From NCBI GenBank assembly GCA_020429915.1, contig JAGQKV010000018.1, positions 5,770-69,769 on the forward strand: DNA of 64,000 nt, written 5' to 3'. A program made the translations under genes and the position numbers. The notes under the pieces were generated by a model. It was not told where the DNA came from and did not search any database. It worked only from the letters and a program-made list of their open reading frames with translations. This stretch comes from Candidatus Omnitrophota bacterium (GTDB lineage Bacteria > Omnitrophota > Gorgyraeia > Zapsychrales > Zapsychraceae). Below, in pieces: positions 49,563 to 60,384 of the stretch (position 1 is the first letter of the stretch; each line of letters starts with the position of its first letter).

Positions 49563-50597
49563 CTATTCCTTCTCTTTTGTAGATAACATACCCTGCCAAC
49601 GCCATGCGTCACGCAACGCATCTTCGAGCGTTAACTGCGATTCCCACCCCAGGAGATACCGGGCCTTGTCCGCGTTCGCGTAAATAGCGGGAACATCGCC
49701 GGCACGCGGCGGACCGATCTTATAATTCAAACTTACGCCGGCGACCTGCTCAAATGTTTGAACAACTTCCATAACGCTGTTGCCGCGTCCCGTCCCTACA
49801 TTAATGGCTTCGCAGCACCCCCTGCCGTCGACCCCTTCCAAGTAGTCGAGCGACTTGACATGCGCTCGCGCGAGATCGACGACGTGAATATAGTCCCGGA
49901 TGCAGGTCCCGTCAAATGTTTCGTAGTTGTCGCCGAAAATAGTCAATTCGGGCCGAATCCCGGCCGCGGTTTGGGTGACAAACGGGACCAAATTATTGGG
50001 CACACCGATCGGCAGCTCACCGATCAATGCGGACGGATGCGCGCCGATCGGATTAAAGTAACGCAGCAACACCGCTTTGAGATGGTTGCCGCCGGTGACC
50101 GCATCACGGATAATGTCCTCACAAATACGCTTGGTATTTCCATAGGGTGAGTGGGCGTCTTTGCGCGGGGTCATCTCGGTAACCGGAAGTTCGTCCGGAA
50201 CACCGTAGACAGTGCATGATGACGAAAACACCAAGTCGGGAACATCAAAATCGGCCATGGTTTGCAGCAAGACCAGCATCGAATCGATGTTATTCCGATA
50301 ATAGCGTAGCGGCTCCCGGACCGACTCCCCCACTGCTTTATAGGCGGCGAAGTGAATCGCTCCGGTCAGGCCGGACTCCGCCTCAAAAACACTTCGCATA
50401 AACCGCGGGTCAGCGGCGTCTCCTTCATAGAGACGTACAGAGTGCCCCGTCAACTCGACCAACCGGTCGATTACCCTTTGCTCGGCATTACTGAAATCAT
50501 CAACGATAACGGCATCATAACCGGCTGCCAGGAGTTCCACGTAAGTATGGGAACCGATGTACCCTGCCCCTCCGACCACCAATATTGTCTTTGTCAT
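49563..50597 (-). CDS. galE: UDP-glucose 4-epimerase
   Basis: GGAGYIGSH ... SSSCTVYG ... YGNTK ... DGTCIRDYIHVVDLA. Confidence 0.9.
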   Translation of the reverse strand: MTKTILVVGGAGYIGSHTYVELLAAGYDAVIVDDFSNAEQRVIDRLVELTGHSVRLYEGDAADPRFMRSVFEAESGLTGAIHFAAYKAVGESVREPLRYYRNNIDSMLVLLQTMADFDVPDLVFSSSCTVYGVPDELPVTEMTPRKDAHSPYGNTKRICEDIIRDAVTGGNHLKAVLLRYFNPIGAHPSALIGELPIGVPNNLVPFVTQTAAGIRPELTIFGDNYETFDGTCIRDYIHVVDLARAHVKSLDYLEGVDGRGCCEAINVGTGRGNSVMEVVQTFEQVAGVSLNYKIGPPRAGDVPAIYANADKARYLLGWESQLTLEDALRDAWRWQGMLSTKEKE

Positions 50598-50702
50598 ACA
50601 AAAGATCCTCTGATTTCAGCTACTTATGAGAATGATGATCAGATGGAAGTATATCATTCGGATAGTGGGGATGCAAAGATATCGCGCGAGCGACCCAAGC
50701 GC

Positions 50703-51731
50703 CTAGAAAGCCGAGGAAAGCAACTGAGTCAGGTAGTGAAGGTTATCCAGATTTTCCTCGATGCGGTCGTCATCAGCGTGGGTGTGCAGATTCAGGATCC
50801 CGAAACAACGATTTTTGGATACTAACGGCATGACCAGGGCGCGCCTGATTTCCGGCCGGGTCATCAGGTGGGCTACCCGGGAATCGGGGTTTTCACTCTC
50901 CAGAATTAATGGTGCCTTGACCTTGGCGACCAAACCGGATATCCCGTCTCCGATCTTGACGCGGACACCCTGAATCTTTAAATCACTGAGTCCTTTGGCG
51001 GCCTTAATCGTCAATTCATTGGTCTTGGGATCGAGCATCATGACCGATCCGCATTGCGTCCCGGTCATCTTCAGCGCGATATCCAGCAAGGTGATCAGAA
51101 GCTCATCGACGCGAACCGTGGAATATATCTCATTCGCAATATTCTCAAATTCTTTTTCCCAAACCTTCTGAGCGACGGCATTTTCGTTGGTGGTTGCCTC
51201 CTGCGGCGATTTGATTTCGATGCTGTCACGTACGATTTCGGTGAGTAGATTGATGATCGAATTCATCATGATATTGGACACGACCCGAATCTCATTGATC
51301 TCGAACAAAAGCTCGTCTTCATTCGCTCCGACCGCCTTGGCCAAACGGACATACTCCGAAGTCTCCAGGCGCTTGTTGAGAATCACCGGCCCAACCATGA
51401 CGTACGCGATGATCTCCTGGGCCGTGGTTCGCAGAGGAATGGCAAAGCTGAACAAATCGTAACGGTTGACGGTTTCCAGATAATGGGTATGTCCGACGAA
51501 TTGCGACTCGAAGCGTGTGCCTTTTTTCTTAAAGACATCGAAGCCCAGTTCCGGGTGCATCAATAACCGCCCCCCGTACTTCGTTTCCTCCGGAGGCAAA
51601 ATAAACTGGCCCGTACGGTCAACAATATAGATATTGATGCGCAGAACATCGATGAACCGCGAGAGCATGTCCCACCATTTGTCCTTAACAATCAGTTGTT
51701 GCGCCAATCTTCTTGATTTTTCGTCAGACAT
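50703..51731 (-). CDS. sensory protein with N-terminal PocR-like module and C-terminal GAF domain
   Basis: GAF-like C-terminal half. No output domain. Confidence 0.6.
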   Translation of the reverse strand: MSDEKSRRLAQQLIVKDKWWDMLSRFIDVLRINIYIVDRTGQFILPPEETKYGGRLLMHPELGFDVFKKKGTRFESQFVGHTHYLETVNRYDLFSFAIPLRTTAQEIIAYVMVGPVILNKRLETSEYVRLAKAVGANEDELLFEINEIRVVSNIMMNSIINLLTEIVRDSIEIKSPQEATTNENAVAQKVWEKEFENIANEIYSTVRVDELLITLLDIALKMTGTQCGSVMMLDPKTNELTIKAAKGLSDLKIQGVRVKIGDGISGLVAKVKAPLILESENPDSRVAHLMTRPEIRRALVMPLVSKNRCFGILNLHTHADDDRIEENLDNLHYLTQLLSSAF

Positions 51732-51736
51732 GTTCT

Positions 51737-53131
51737 TTACTTTTTGGCATCCAGGATATTGTATTTTTTCATTTTATTGTAAAGCGTCGTCCGGTTGACC
51801 CCCAGTGCGGCCGCCGCCTTATTGCGGTTCCAATTACAATCGTTGAGAACGGATATAATATGATCCCGCTCCGGCTGTTCGGTCACCTGTTTGAGAGATT
51901 TGATTTCGGCGCTCTTGCTCCCGTCTTCCTCCTCAAACTTGGTGCTGTTCGGGATGTCCGACAGTTGAATCACATCCCCCTTCGCCATGATCACCGCCCC
52001 CTCAATCGCATTTTCCAGCTCACGAATGTTGCCCGGCCAGCTGTATGACTTGAACAGGGCCAATACCTCGTCGGACATTTCCTTAACCGTCTTGTTGTTC
52101 GCACGGCTGAACATCTCCAGAAAATGATCCGCCAACGGTTTAATGTCGTCGCGCCGGTCCCGCAGAGGCGGCATTTGGATTGCGATGACATTAATCCGGT
52201 AATACAAATCTTCACGAAACTCGCCTTCGTCCACCAGCTTGGTCAACTGTTGATTGGTGGCGACAATAATTCGGGCATCCGCTTTGCGGGAAACATTTTC
52301 ACCGACCCGCTCGAATAGTCCGTCCTGCAGAACCTTCAGAAGCTTAACCTGAAGACTGGGCGAAAAAGCATCGATTTCGTCGAGGAAGATCGTGCCTCCC
52401 TTGGCGTACTCGAAACGGCCTTCTTTATCCTTGATCGCACCGGTGAAGGCCCCCTTGACGTGCCCGAACAATTCGCTTTCCAAAAGAGTTTCGGACAGCG
52501 CTCCGCAGCTGATTTCCACAAACGGCCGTTTACGCCGCCGCTCATCGCTTTGGTGAACGGCTTTGGCCACCATTCCCTTGCCGGTACCGCTCTCGCCTGT
52601 AATCAGGATTGTAGCATTTGTCGACGCAACCGAATCAATGATATTGTAGACCGACTGCATCCGCTCGCTGGAACCGATCATCCCCGCAAAGGATTGTCGC
52701 CGGTCCTTCGCTATGAGGCCCTTCAACGCGGTATTCTCTTCTATCAAACGGATCTTTTGCACAATATTGGCGATGATCAGTTTGATTTCGCTGTCATTGA
52801 TCGGCTTGGTGATGTACTCAAAGGCCCCGATCTTCATCGCCTCCACCGCGGTTTCGATGGATCCATAGCCGGTAATAACGATCACCTCGGCCTGCTCGTA
52901 ATCCTTCTTAACCTGTTGCAAAAGCTCCAGTCCGGACATGTTCGGAAGCTTCAGGTCCGTGATGACAATGTGGACCGGATTCTTTTCCATAAGGATCAGG
53001 GCTTCCTCAGCGGTGGATGCCATCTGCACCCGAAACCCCTCGATCTTGAAGATCTCAAATAGCGATTCACGAATCAGGGGCTCATCATCGACGATGAGCA
53101 TACTGTAATTTTGATTGTCCCTTTTATCCAT
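51737..53131 (-). CDS. sigma-54-dependent response regulator (NtrC family; PrsR-like)
   Basis: Receiver MLIVDDEP ... ITDLKLP. AAA+ [22 protein letters not shown]-terminal Fis-type HTH. Confidence 0.9.
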   Translation of the reverse strand: MDKRDNQNYSMLIVDDEPLIRESLFEIFKIEGFRVQMASTAEEALILMEKNPVHIVITDLKLPNMSGLELLQQVKKDYEQAEVIVITGYGSIETAVEAMKIGAFEYITKPINDSEIKLIIANIVQKIRLIEENTALKGLIAKDRRQSFAGMIGSSERMQSVYNIIDSVASTNATILITGESGTGKGMVAKAVHQSDERRRKRPFVEISCGALSETLLESELFGHVKGAFTGAIKDKEGRFEYAKGGTIFLDEIDAFSPSLQVKLLKVLQDGLFERVGENVSRKADARIIVATNQQLTKLVDEGEFREDLYYRINVIAIQMPPLRDRRDDIKPLADHFLEMFSRANNKTVKEMSDEVLALFKSYSWPGNIRELENAIEGAVIMAKGDVIQLSDIPNSTKFEEEDGSKSAEIKSLKQVTEQPERDHIISVLNDCNWNRNKAAAALGVNRTTLYNKMKKYNILDAKK

Positions 53132-54413
53132 CGTATTCCGGAACAGGTATTTTAATCGTGAAGGTCGTCCCCTTCCCGAATTCACTTTCGATATTAATGG
53201 TTCCCTCATAAGACTTGACGATCTCTCCGACAATCGTCAAGCCCAACCCACAACCTTTGTCAATATCTTTCGTAGTATAGAACGGTTCGAATATTTTCTC
53301 CAAATTCTCTTCCTCGATCCCCCGTCCTGTATCCGCGAAACTGATGACCAGGACTTGCGCGTACATGTCGGCCGCCATTGAGATCCGCCCGTCACGTTCA
53401 ATGGCGTCGACTGCATTGGTAATCAGATTGGAAAAGATCCGCTCGATACCCAAATCGGGTATGGCCGGCATATTCGACGCAATCTTGCGCTCGACAATAA
53501 TATTCTTCCGGACAATGTCGTTCATTTTGCCGGACAAGGCATGCTCAAAGGCCTGTTTGATTTCCACCGACTGCGACGCCGGATGCTCGTCCCGAGAACA
53601 GGCCAACAGGTTGCGCACAATATTGGCCATACGATTCAGGCCGTGCTTGACCTCCAACAGATACCCCCGCACCACCTCATCGTCCTGGATGTGATCCAGG
53701 CATAAATTCGTGTAACGCATGACACCGTCGAGCGGATTATTGAACTCATGCGCGATACCGCCAGCCAGTTTTCCAATGGTCGCCAGTTTTTCATGGACCA
53801 CGATTTGTTTCTTCAGGTTCAGTTTTTCCTGATCGGTCTGACCGAGCCGGTCCTTCAGATTTTCTTTTTCCCGTACGATGCGTTTGAATTTCTGATGCAA
53901 TTCGATCCGCCGGTAGTTCAGGGCCACCTGCGTGGTGAGAAAATCCAGGAGTTGCATGTCGGTTTCGTTAAAGCGGCTCCCGGTTTCCTTATCGGCAATA
54001 TTGATCACGCCGATCAGTTGATCCTTGACCAGCAGCGGCGCGCAGATAAACGACGGCGTGGCGTAACTACCCCGCAGCTTGAAATTCTGAAACCGCTCAT
54101 CCGACGCGATGTCTTCCACATACAACGGCTGTTTTAACTTCGCCACCCGGCCGACGATTCCCTCGCCCAGTTGCTTGACCATGGATTGCTCCTCTTTGAG
54201 CTTCATGCCGTACGAAGCCTTCAAAACCAACTTGCCGCTCCCGCCTTCTGCGATAAAGACGGAACCACGGGTCGCCCCGTACAAGTCCATAATTTTGTGA
54301 AGCGATTTCTCCAATAGGTCTTGGGCGCCAAGGGCTGTGTTCACCGTCGCGCAGATATCGCCGATTTTTTGAAAGAGCGTTGTTTGTGTCAGTTCCTGAA
54401 TGGCCGATTTCAT
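53124..54413 (-). CDS. soluble GAF-domain sensor histidine kinase (PrsK-like kinase core)
   Basis: GAF segment, H-box GGIAHEFNNPL, N/G boxes NLITNAVDA, DTGRGI, GCGLGL. Confidence 0.85.
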   Translation of the reverse strand: MKSAIQELTQTTLFQKIGDICATVNTALGAQDLLEKSLHKIMDLYGATRGSVFIAEGGSGKLVLKASYGMKLKEEQSMVKQLGEGIVGRVAKLKQPLYVEDIASDERFQNFKLRGSYATPSFICAPLLVKDQLIGVINIADKETGSRFNETDMQLLDFLTTQVALNYRRIELHQKFKRIVREKENLKDRLGQTDQEKLNLKKQIVVHEKLATIGKLAGGIAHEFNNPLDGVMRYTNLCLDHIQDDEVVRGYLLEVKHGLNRMANIVRNLLACSRDEHPASQSVEIKQAFEHALSGKMNDIVRKNIIVERKIASNMPAIPDLGIERIFSNLITNAVDAIERDGRISMAADMYAQVLVISFADTGRGIEEENLEKIFEPFYTTKDIDKGCGLGLTIVGEIVKSYEGTINIESEFGKGTTFTIKIPVPEYDG

Positions 54414-54421
54414 GTCCGTCG

Positions 54422-55327
54422 CTATCGTTGGGGTGCCGTATCGAGCGTAACCTTACTTTCTTTCAACAACTCAATACTTTCTATGATCTGCTCAAAGCGC
54501 GGGCGGTACGGATGCTGCGGATGCGCCTTGATAAACTCACGGTAAATAGACAAAGGAAAGTCATAATCCTTGAGATCCACGATGGCAACAGTATTAATGG
54601 TGCGCACAATCGTGGCCACCCTTTTCGACGTCATGTATTTCTGGTCGGAAAAATTGATCAAGACCTTTCCGAAGGTTTCGATCGCTTTGCGCCGGTCACC
54701 ACCCGCCAGGTACAAGGTTCCCATCGAGCGCAGCGCGTTAAATTCCGTGGAACCGCCGGGATACTCCTTGATCAGCTTCTGATAATGCGCGATACCCGCC
54801 CGGTAGGCATCCTGGGCGCGCTGCGTGTCACCGCGGCTGGCATGCAACTTGGTCAACAAGATTGGCGCCTGCATACCGTGCATCGTCAACGGATACTCAC
54901 GGATAACCCGTTCGTAATTCTGGATCACCCCCTGGGCATTGTTCTCGATGGCGTAGGTACGGCCGATATCCGCCACGGCTTCGACCGCAATCTTCGGCTC
55001 ATCGGCGTACAGCTTGGCCACTTCTTCATACTTTTCCCGCCCCTTGGCCAAGTCCCCTTTCACCATATAGACACGGCCGATCAGAATATGCGCCACCCGG
55101 GCCAGATGCGACTCGGGATACTGCTGGATAAAGGCGTTATAGTCAGCGACAATCTGACGAAAAGTGGAGTCAGGCACAATCTGCGGATCCCGGGACGCCT
55201 TGGCGAACCTATTATTGATACGCCATAGATCGCGTTCAGCGACAAAGTCCCCGTTACGGTCCAACATGGTAAACAGGGCAAACACTCCAGCTAAAATCAG
55301 AATAAATGCGACGACGGCCCTTTTCAT
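54422..55327 (-). CDS. membrane-anchored TPR-repeat protein (PrsT-like)
   Basis: N-terminal TM. At least five TPR-like helical pairs. Confidence 0.65.
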   Translation of the reverse strand: MKRAVVAFILILAGVFALFTMLDRNGDFVAERDLWRINNRFAKASRDPQIVPDSTFRQIVADYNAFIQQYPESHLARVAHILIGRVYMVKGDLAKGREKYEEVAKLYADEPKIAVEAVADIGRTYAIENNAQGVIQNYERVIREYPLTMHGMQAPILLTKLHASRGDTQRAQDAYRAGIAHYQKLIKEYPGGSTEFNALRSMGTLYLAGGDRRKAIETFGKVLINFSDQKYMTSKRVATIVRTINTVAIVDLKDYDFPLSIYREFIKAHPQHPYRPRFEQIIESIELLKESKVTLDTAPQR

Positions 55328-56194
55328 TTATTGGCCCTTCCTTACTAAATAAAACATCGTTAATGATGTATAAACCACCGCATCGATGATCACCATAACC
55401 AAAATGCTGAAGGCGATCATGATCGCCCGCATCTCCGGAAATTCCCCTTCAAAGGGAACGTGCTTGCGCGCGAGCAGCACCACCGCAAAAACGACGGTGG
55501 GCAGCAGCACGATCATAAAAGTCTTAATCGGTGCGGTAATGACATATTTAATGTTCTCCAACAGCGCCACGAACAGGTTGCGCCGCTCAATCGCTATGAG
55601 CGGAAAGACATAGGCAAACAAGGTCACCGCGACAACGTTAAGCAAGAGCCGGAAATACGGACCGCCCTGCAGGATTGTCTGCTTAAGCCAGAAGAATGGC
55701 CCCGCGGTCGAGCGAATCTGATCGGCCCGACTTTCAATCATACCGAAGCTCTCCGAGAAAAGATAGCTGAAGGCATATATGAGGACGGCGGTCACGATGA
55801 TATATAGGTAGAACGGCAGCATGCGCACCATGATCTGCCTGACGTTCGGTTTTTGGTCCTCGTTGATATCTTTGATGGCGGCAATGGCCACACATACAAA
55901 GAAACTGGAGAAAAAGATGTAGACCGGTATGTAGGCCTGAAAATACATCTTTTGCAAAAGCGCCAGGTTCAGCGGGTAATGCATAAACATCGGCGACTCC
56001 AGCTTACTAACGAGCGGGTCAAAGAATTGATTCAAAGGCCATTGCGGAAAGAAGTACAGAATCTCGAGCAGGAGAAATTGGACGAACAGGATAACCAAGT
56101 ACGGAAAGACAATCGGACCGTTGCTGAACAACGTATTGATGGAGATACGGAGCAGGGGAAATACCTTAAGTGTTGGATTCTTCTCTTTGTTCAT
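55328..56194 (-). CDS. polytopic membrane protein, hypothetical (possible detached sensor module of the PrsK-like kinase)
   Basis: About 8 hydrophobic helices. Directly abuts the TPR gene. Confidence 0.55.
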   Translation of the reverse strand: MNKEKNPTLKVFPLLRISINTLFSNGPIVFPYLVILFVQFLLLEILYFFPQWPLNQFFDPLVSKLESPMFMHYPLNLALLQKMYFQAYIPVYIFFSSFFVCVAIAAIKDINEDQKPNVRQIMVRMLPFYLYIIVTAVLIYAFSYLFSESFGMIESRADQIRSTAGPFFWLKQTILQGGPYFRLLLNVVAVTLFAYVFPLIAIERRNLFVALLENIKYVITAPIKTFMIVLLPTVVFAVVLLARKHVPFEGEFPEMRAIMIAFSILVMVIIDAVVYTSLTMFYLVRKGQ

Positions 56195-56391
56195 GAGTAC
56201 GCCTGTTATTTCAGAGATAGTCCCCGGAAATGCACTGGGGGCGGTCGATACTGCCTTCGGGATGAACGTGAGAGAATTAGGTAAATCCTTATATCCGAAG
56301 ATATTACGTTCTAAATCCTAGCATAGGCCGGCGTTGTCGTCAATCAGATTTGCGAAAAAACCACGCCGACCTAGTCCCCGTCCCCGCGGGG

Positions 56392-56442
56392 ATAAAAAAA
56401 TAAGGCAAGCTATTGGGTAATAGCTTGCCTTATTTGTTTTTG
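56392..56442. terminator. bidirectional intrinsic terminator (13-bp stem aaggcaagctatt/aatagcttgcctt flanked by A7 and T-rich runs)
   Basis: Read directly. Lies 30 nt downstream of the minus-strand PEP-CTERM gene. Confidence 0.6.
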
Positions 56443-56469
56443 TCCTGGATTCAATGTTCAGAATGAATC

Positions 56470-56751
56470 TTACTTGATTCTCTTCTTATTATTGAAGTAC
56501 GTCAAAGCAGCCATTCCACTGCCGAGCAATATCATGCTGGCCGGTTCGGGGTTGGTAAGTGACGCGATTTCATCGCCGCCACCGGGGAGTAATCCTGAAC
56601 CGGTATCCCCATTGCCGCCTAGGCCGCTGAACAAACTGCCGGTACCAAGAAGGGCCGTACCTCCCCCGCCACCGTTGCATGCCGTGATGAACGGAATAAG
56701 CGCGGCAAGAAATAACCCCTTCAGTGTCTTAACTTCGGTTGTCTTTTTCAT
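56470..56751 (-). CDS. PEP-CTERM sorting-signal protein (small, Gly-rich)
   Basis: Signal peptide. C-terminus PEPASMILLGSGMAALTYFNNKKRIK. GGAGG RBS. Confidence 0.75.
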   Translation of the reverse strand: MKKTTEVKTLKGLFLAALIPFITACNGGGGGTALLGTGSLFSGLGGNGDTGSGLLPGGGDEIASLTNPEPASMILLGSGMAALTYFNNKKRIK

Positions 56752-56804
56752 CGGGACGAGCCCTCCTTCCTTCAGATTTCTCTTAAGCAGACTTCGCTCA
56801 AGAG

Positions 56805-56834
56805 ATTATAGTGCTACAAAAGTCAGCCTGTTAA
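56805..56834 (-). promoter_or_regulatory. sigma-70-like promoter candidate on minus strand (-35 TTAACA, 18-bp spacer, -10 TATAAT) for the small PEP-CTERM gene
   Basis: Hexamers read from the reverse complement. Confidence 0.35.
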
Positions 56835-56835
56835 A

Positions 56836-57696
56836 TTAGCTGATTTTTCTTTTACGAGTTGCTGCCAATCCGGCCAAACCACCGCCGAAGAGAACCATGC
56901 TCATCGGTTCCGGAACAACGGTCGGCTCAAGTCTTGTTACCAAGAAAATGGCATCGTTGTAGTCGGAGTCGAAAGTATTTTGCGGCTTGTCTTCCCAGGC
57001 CAGCAGGAACGTGTCTTCGTCCAAAACGACTTCGATCACGTTGTCACCGTCATTGGTCAGGTCACCGTCGTTGTTGTAATCAACCTTGATGTAAACGCTC
57101 TGCTTAGCCAAATCCTGCAGTTGAAAAGTCAGCATGTGGTCGATTCCGTCTGAGTTCTGGGCAACTTCGGAAGCCCAAATCATATCCGGGCCGACGGCCG
57201 GGTCAGACTTGAGTGAGAATCCGAAATTTGACCCTGCCAGCGGGTTAATGAAACCCGGGTACGGATTGGCCATGCTACCGTTTCCGGTAAACAGGTCGCC
57301 GGTAAACGACAGCGTGAAGAATGTCGATGCCGCTGCGGATCCACCAGCCGGGAAAACACCCAGTTGGTTCACGTTGGACGCTGTAATAGAGATGAAGGCG
57401 AATTCAGAAGAATCACCGTCAGCGATTTCTTGCCAGAATTCGTTGGCGCCTGTATATTGCAGGCTGTCCGTTCCTTCATTGTCTGTAAACCCGGGAGACG
57501 CCAGGCCTCTGTCCGTGAATACTTTGTTGATCGCGTTGAAGATATCAACGTTGTTGTTGGCTTCACAGGCCGTGAACACGCCGCCATTGGTATCGGTACA
57601 ATGGCTTGTGTCGTAGGGTCCAGGATCAGCCATAACACTTGTCGCGATGAATGCTGTCGAAAGTGTCATTGTGAGTGCGAAAACTAATTTCTTCAT
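56836..57696 (-). CDS. PEP-CTERM sorting-signal protein
   Basis: Signal peptide MKKLVFALTMTLSTAFIATSVMA. C-terminus VPEPMSMVLFGGGLAGLAATRKRKIS. Confidence 0.75.
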   Translation of the reverse strand: MKKLVFALTMTLSTAFIATSVMADPGPYDTSHCTDTNGGVFTACEANNNVDIFNAINKVFTDRGLASPGFTDNEGTDSLQYTGANEFWQEIADGDSSEFAFISITASNVNQLGVFPAGGSAAASTFFTLSFTGDLFTGNGSMANPYPGFINPLAGSNFGFSLKSDPAVGPDMIWASEVAQNSDGIDHMLTFQLQDLAKQSVYIKVDYNNDGDLTNDGDNVIEVVLDEDTFLLAWEDKPQNTFDSDYNDAIFLVTRLEPTVVPEPMSMVLFGGGLAGLAATRKRKIS

Positions 57697-57787
57697 TCTG
57701 ATTACTCCCCTTTTGATTCGATTCATTTGCTGTTTTTGCTAGTGAGATTTATGTCAAACATCACGCTGGATGCTATTATTAGGTTGC

Positions 57788-58642
57788 CTAGCGGGCCCCT
57801 TCCCCGGTAATCACCACGCGGACCGTCCGCAGGATGATATTCAAGTCGGCCCAAATGCACATTTTCTTTATGTAGAGCAGGTCGTAACGAACTTTCTTCT
57901 TCACGTCCTGAATGGTTTCATCGTAACGGTGCCAAACCTGCGCCAAACCGGTAATTCCGGGCTTGACCAGCAGACGGCGGGTGTAGTTCGGGATAACTTC
58001 GCTGAATTCCTGAACGAATACGGGACGTTCCGGACGGGGACCGATGACGGACATTTCCCCTTTCAGTACATTGAACAACTGCGGCAACTCATCAATGTGG
58101 GATTTGCGCAGGAATGCCCCTACCGGAGTCAGTCGCTTGTCGTTCTTGGCGGCCCACACCGGTCCGGTGTTCTTTTCCGCATCCACCCGCATGGTACGGA
58201 ACTTGTAGATCTTGAAATGCTTGCCATCCTTACCGACCCGGGTTTGCGAATAGATGATCGGCCCTTTGGAGGTGCACTTGACCAGAATCACGGCCAAGAG
58301 CATCAACGGTGACAGGATAATGGCACCCAAGGTGCTGGCGACGATATCGAAGGCCCGTTTGGCCGCCTCATAGGTCTGGCGGACGATGCTGATCACCATG
58401 CCCAAGAAGCCTCCCCCGAACAAGGCCAGGGTTGACGGCTCCGGCGCGTGGGACTTGGCTGGCTGGATTACCTCTTCCGTGCGACCGGCATCAGCGGTCT
58501 GAGCCGTATATTGGGAAGCCGGCTCGGTCTTGACGAAGGATACCGTCGCCCAGGCAGAAGCCACGCATACGCCAAAAAGCATCACCATAATCGTCGTCAG
58601 GATGCGTTGTCTTTTCTTAAGCTGTCGTCTCTTTTTTGTCAT
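57788..58642 (-). CDS. polyprenyl-phosphate sugar phosphotransferase (bacterial sugar transferase, EpsB/WbaP C-terminal type)
   Basis: FDIVASTLGAIILSPLMLLAVILVKCTSKGPIIYSQTRVGKDGKHFKIYKFRTM ... ELPQLFNVLKGEMSVIGPRP. A longer start at 58744 is possible. Confidence 0.8.
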   Translation of the reverse strand: MTKKRRQLKKRQRILTTIMVMLFGVCVASAWATVSFVKTEPASQYTAQTADAGRTEEVIQPAKSHAPEPSTLALFGGGFLGMVISIVRQTYEAAKRAFDIVASTLGAIILSPLMLLAVILVKCTSKGPIIYSQTRVGKDGKHFKIYKFRTMRVDAEKNTGPVWAAKNDKRLTPVGAFLRKSHIDELPQLFNVLKGEMSVIGPRPERPVFVQEFSEVIPNYTRRLLVKPGITGLAQVWHRYDETIQDVKKKVRYDLLYIKKMCIWADLNIILRTVRVVITGEGAR

Positions 58643-58924
58643 TTCGTTCCTCGTGAAAGCGTTTCCAAGAATGTATACTTGCCTCTGTAGGGAGCAATAT
58701 GCGTGCCAATCCTGATAGACCGGGAGATATTTATCGACCTGCACACGATTACTATATATTTCAATGACTTACGTAATTCTGGGGGAACTAAAAAGCAAGC
58801 TCAGGCGGGACTTACCCGGACAGTCCTAGACAGACCATCCCAACTAATGTTCAATTAATTAAACATTTGTTGTGGACACGCAACAACGCATTTATACACA
58901 TGTAGTATTTATTTGTCTTTATTA

Positions 58925-59554
58925 TTAAGGCAGGTGCTTGTAGATGGCGGGTAAAACCAGGCGGGTGAACTCTTTGATGTCTTCCACGGCCTGCTGGTCG
59001 TCATCATTATAAACCGCGGAGACACGGATAAGGGCGCTGCCTTCGGGGCGCCCGAGGAGGTTCTTGATGGCTATACGCAGCTGCTGCTGCCAATAGCTGG
59101 GCGTAAAAGAATCACCGACTTTGAACCAATAGTAGGCCACCTGCTTCAGCTGGCGCCGTTCCAGCCGTAGTTTGTGGGCTTTTATGGTTACGTTGTGCTC
59201 GGGGATAGGGATGGCGTCCACGGTGTTGCTGACGACCTTGATCCCACTGCCGGTGTAGCACACCTCCGGGGGGTGGGCGACCTTGCGGTTATACTGGGAA
59301 TACACGGTAAAGAAATATACGATCTGGCCCTTCGGGCCAGTATACTTGCGGGTAAATACGTTGCGGGTCTCCAGGATTGCGTATTCGTCCTCCGTGATCG
59401 GCAATTCCTCGGAAACCCAGCCGTTGATTTCCTTCGGAAACGAGTGGATGCTGACGGTGTCCTCCTCGTTGAATTCCTTCAGATAGGTCGTCCAGGACAC
59501 AGCCCCCGCCCCCACGATGAGTAACAGGATGATGACAAATTTGTTGATTTTCAT
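58925..59554 (-). CDS. epsI: EpsI-family exosortase-associated protein
   Basis: N-terminal TM anchor, then a periplasmic domain of EpsI size and pattern. Its start overlaps the exosortase stop by 4 nt. Confidence 0.65.
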   Translation of the reverse strand: MKINKFVIILLLIVGAGAVSWTTYLKEFNEEDTVSIHSFPKEINGWVSEELPITEDEYAILETRNVFTRKYTGPKGQIVYFFTVYSQYNRKVAHPPEVCYTGSGIKVVSNTVDAIPIPEHNVTIKAHKLRLERRQLKQVAYYWFKVGDSFTPSYWQQQLRIAIKNLLGRPEGSALIRVSAVYNDDDQQAVEDIKEFTRLVLPAIYKHLP

Positions 59555-60384
59555 TCCAGCAGCTTCCCGACCGCCATCAGCATAATAAACGCAAGGGCGA
59601 ATACCATAAATCCCAAAAAGTCATGGACGAAACCCTCGGCGTACTCCGTCCCCCAAATCTCGCTGATCGCGGACAACGCCACCACCCGGCACATGTTGGT
59701 GATAATGGCAATCGGGATCGTCGAGGCAAACAGCGTGAGCCGTTTCCACATCGCCGCCTTCAGCCAGTAGGCGCAGATGCTGCCCAGCGCCGTGAGCGAA
59801 ATCAGCGACCGCAACCCGCTGCACACATCGTCGACCGTGACATGGGCGTGCCGCATTTTGATGATACTCCCGTCCCGCAGGGCCTGGATGCCCATATTAT
59901 TCAGCACCATCGTCGCCAATTCCGCGGCAAACATTTTCAACTGGAGACTGATCTTGTTGATGACAACCAGCGGCATCGGCACCATGAAGATCAGGAAAAA
60001 CAGCGGAAAAAGGATCCGCCTGAAGATCTCCTCGCCGTAGAGGTACAACACCAGACCGCAAATCAACACCAGCATCGAAAACCCTGACACAAAGTAAATG
60101 CGGACATTCGGATGGCTCGCCAGCAGGTGCAGGACCGCCCCGGCAATAATCAGCCGCATCCCCCACGGGGACTCTTTCCATTTGATCTCGGCCAGCTCCT
60201 CCTTGTTCCAGTAGATCAAAGCCAGGCTGACGATCGGAATGAGAAATCCGTGTGAGTAATACGAATCACGGGCAATCCAGCGGTCATACATCCACAAAAT
60301 GGTGGGAAAGTAAGCTGCGATCATGACAATTAATGCCAAGAGCAGTTTTTGATGCATTCGCGCTAATTTCATCACATAGTCCAT
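59551..60384 (-). CDS. exosortase (EpsH/XrtA-like)
   Basis: Polytopic membrane protein. Catalytic-Cys region VDDVCSGLRSLISL. Conserved ITNMCRVV. Its start overlaps the upstream GT2 stop by 1 nt (TAATG). Confidence 0.8.
   Translation of the reverse strand: MDYVMKLARMHQKLLLALIVMIAAYFPTILWMYDRWIARDSYYSHGFLIPIVSLALIYWNKEELAEIKWKESPWGMRLIIAGAVLHLLASHPNVRIYFVSGFSMLVLICGLVLYLYGEEIFRRILFPLFFLIFMVPMPLVVINKISLQLKMFAAELATMVLNNMGIQALRDGSIIKMRHAHVTVDDVCSGLRSLISLTALGSICAYWLKAAMWKRLTLFASTIPIAIITNMCRVVALSAISEIWGTEYAEGFVHDFLGFMVFALAFIMLMAVGKLLE

Noticed and set aside
56752-57800. Sigma-54 promoters upstream of the PEP-CTERM genes
   Set aside because: Searched the reverse complement for GG-N10-GC / TGGCAC-N5-TTGC and found no match. 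Only a sigma-70-like TTAACA-18-TATAAT candidate was seen.
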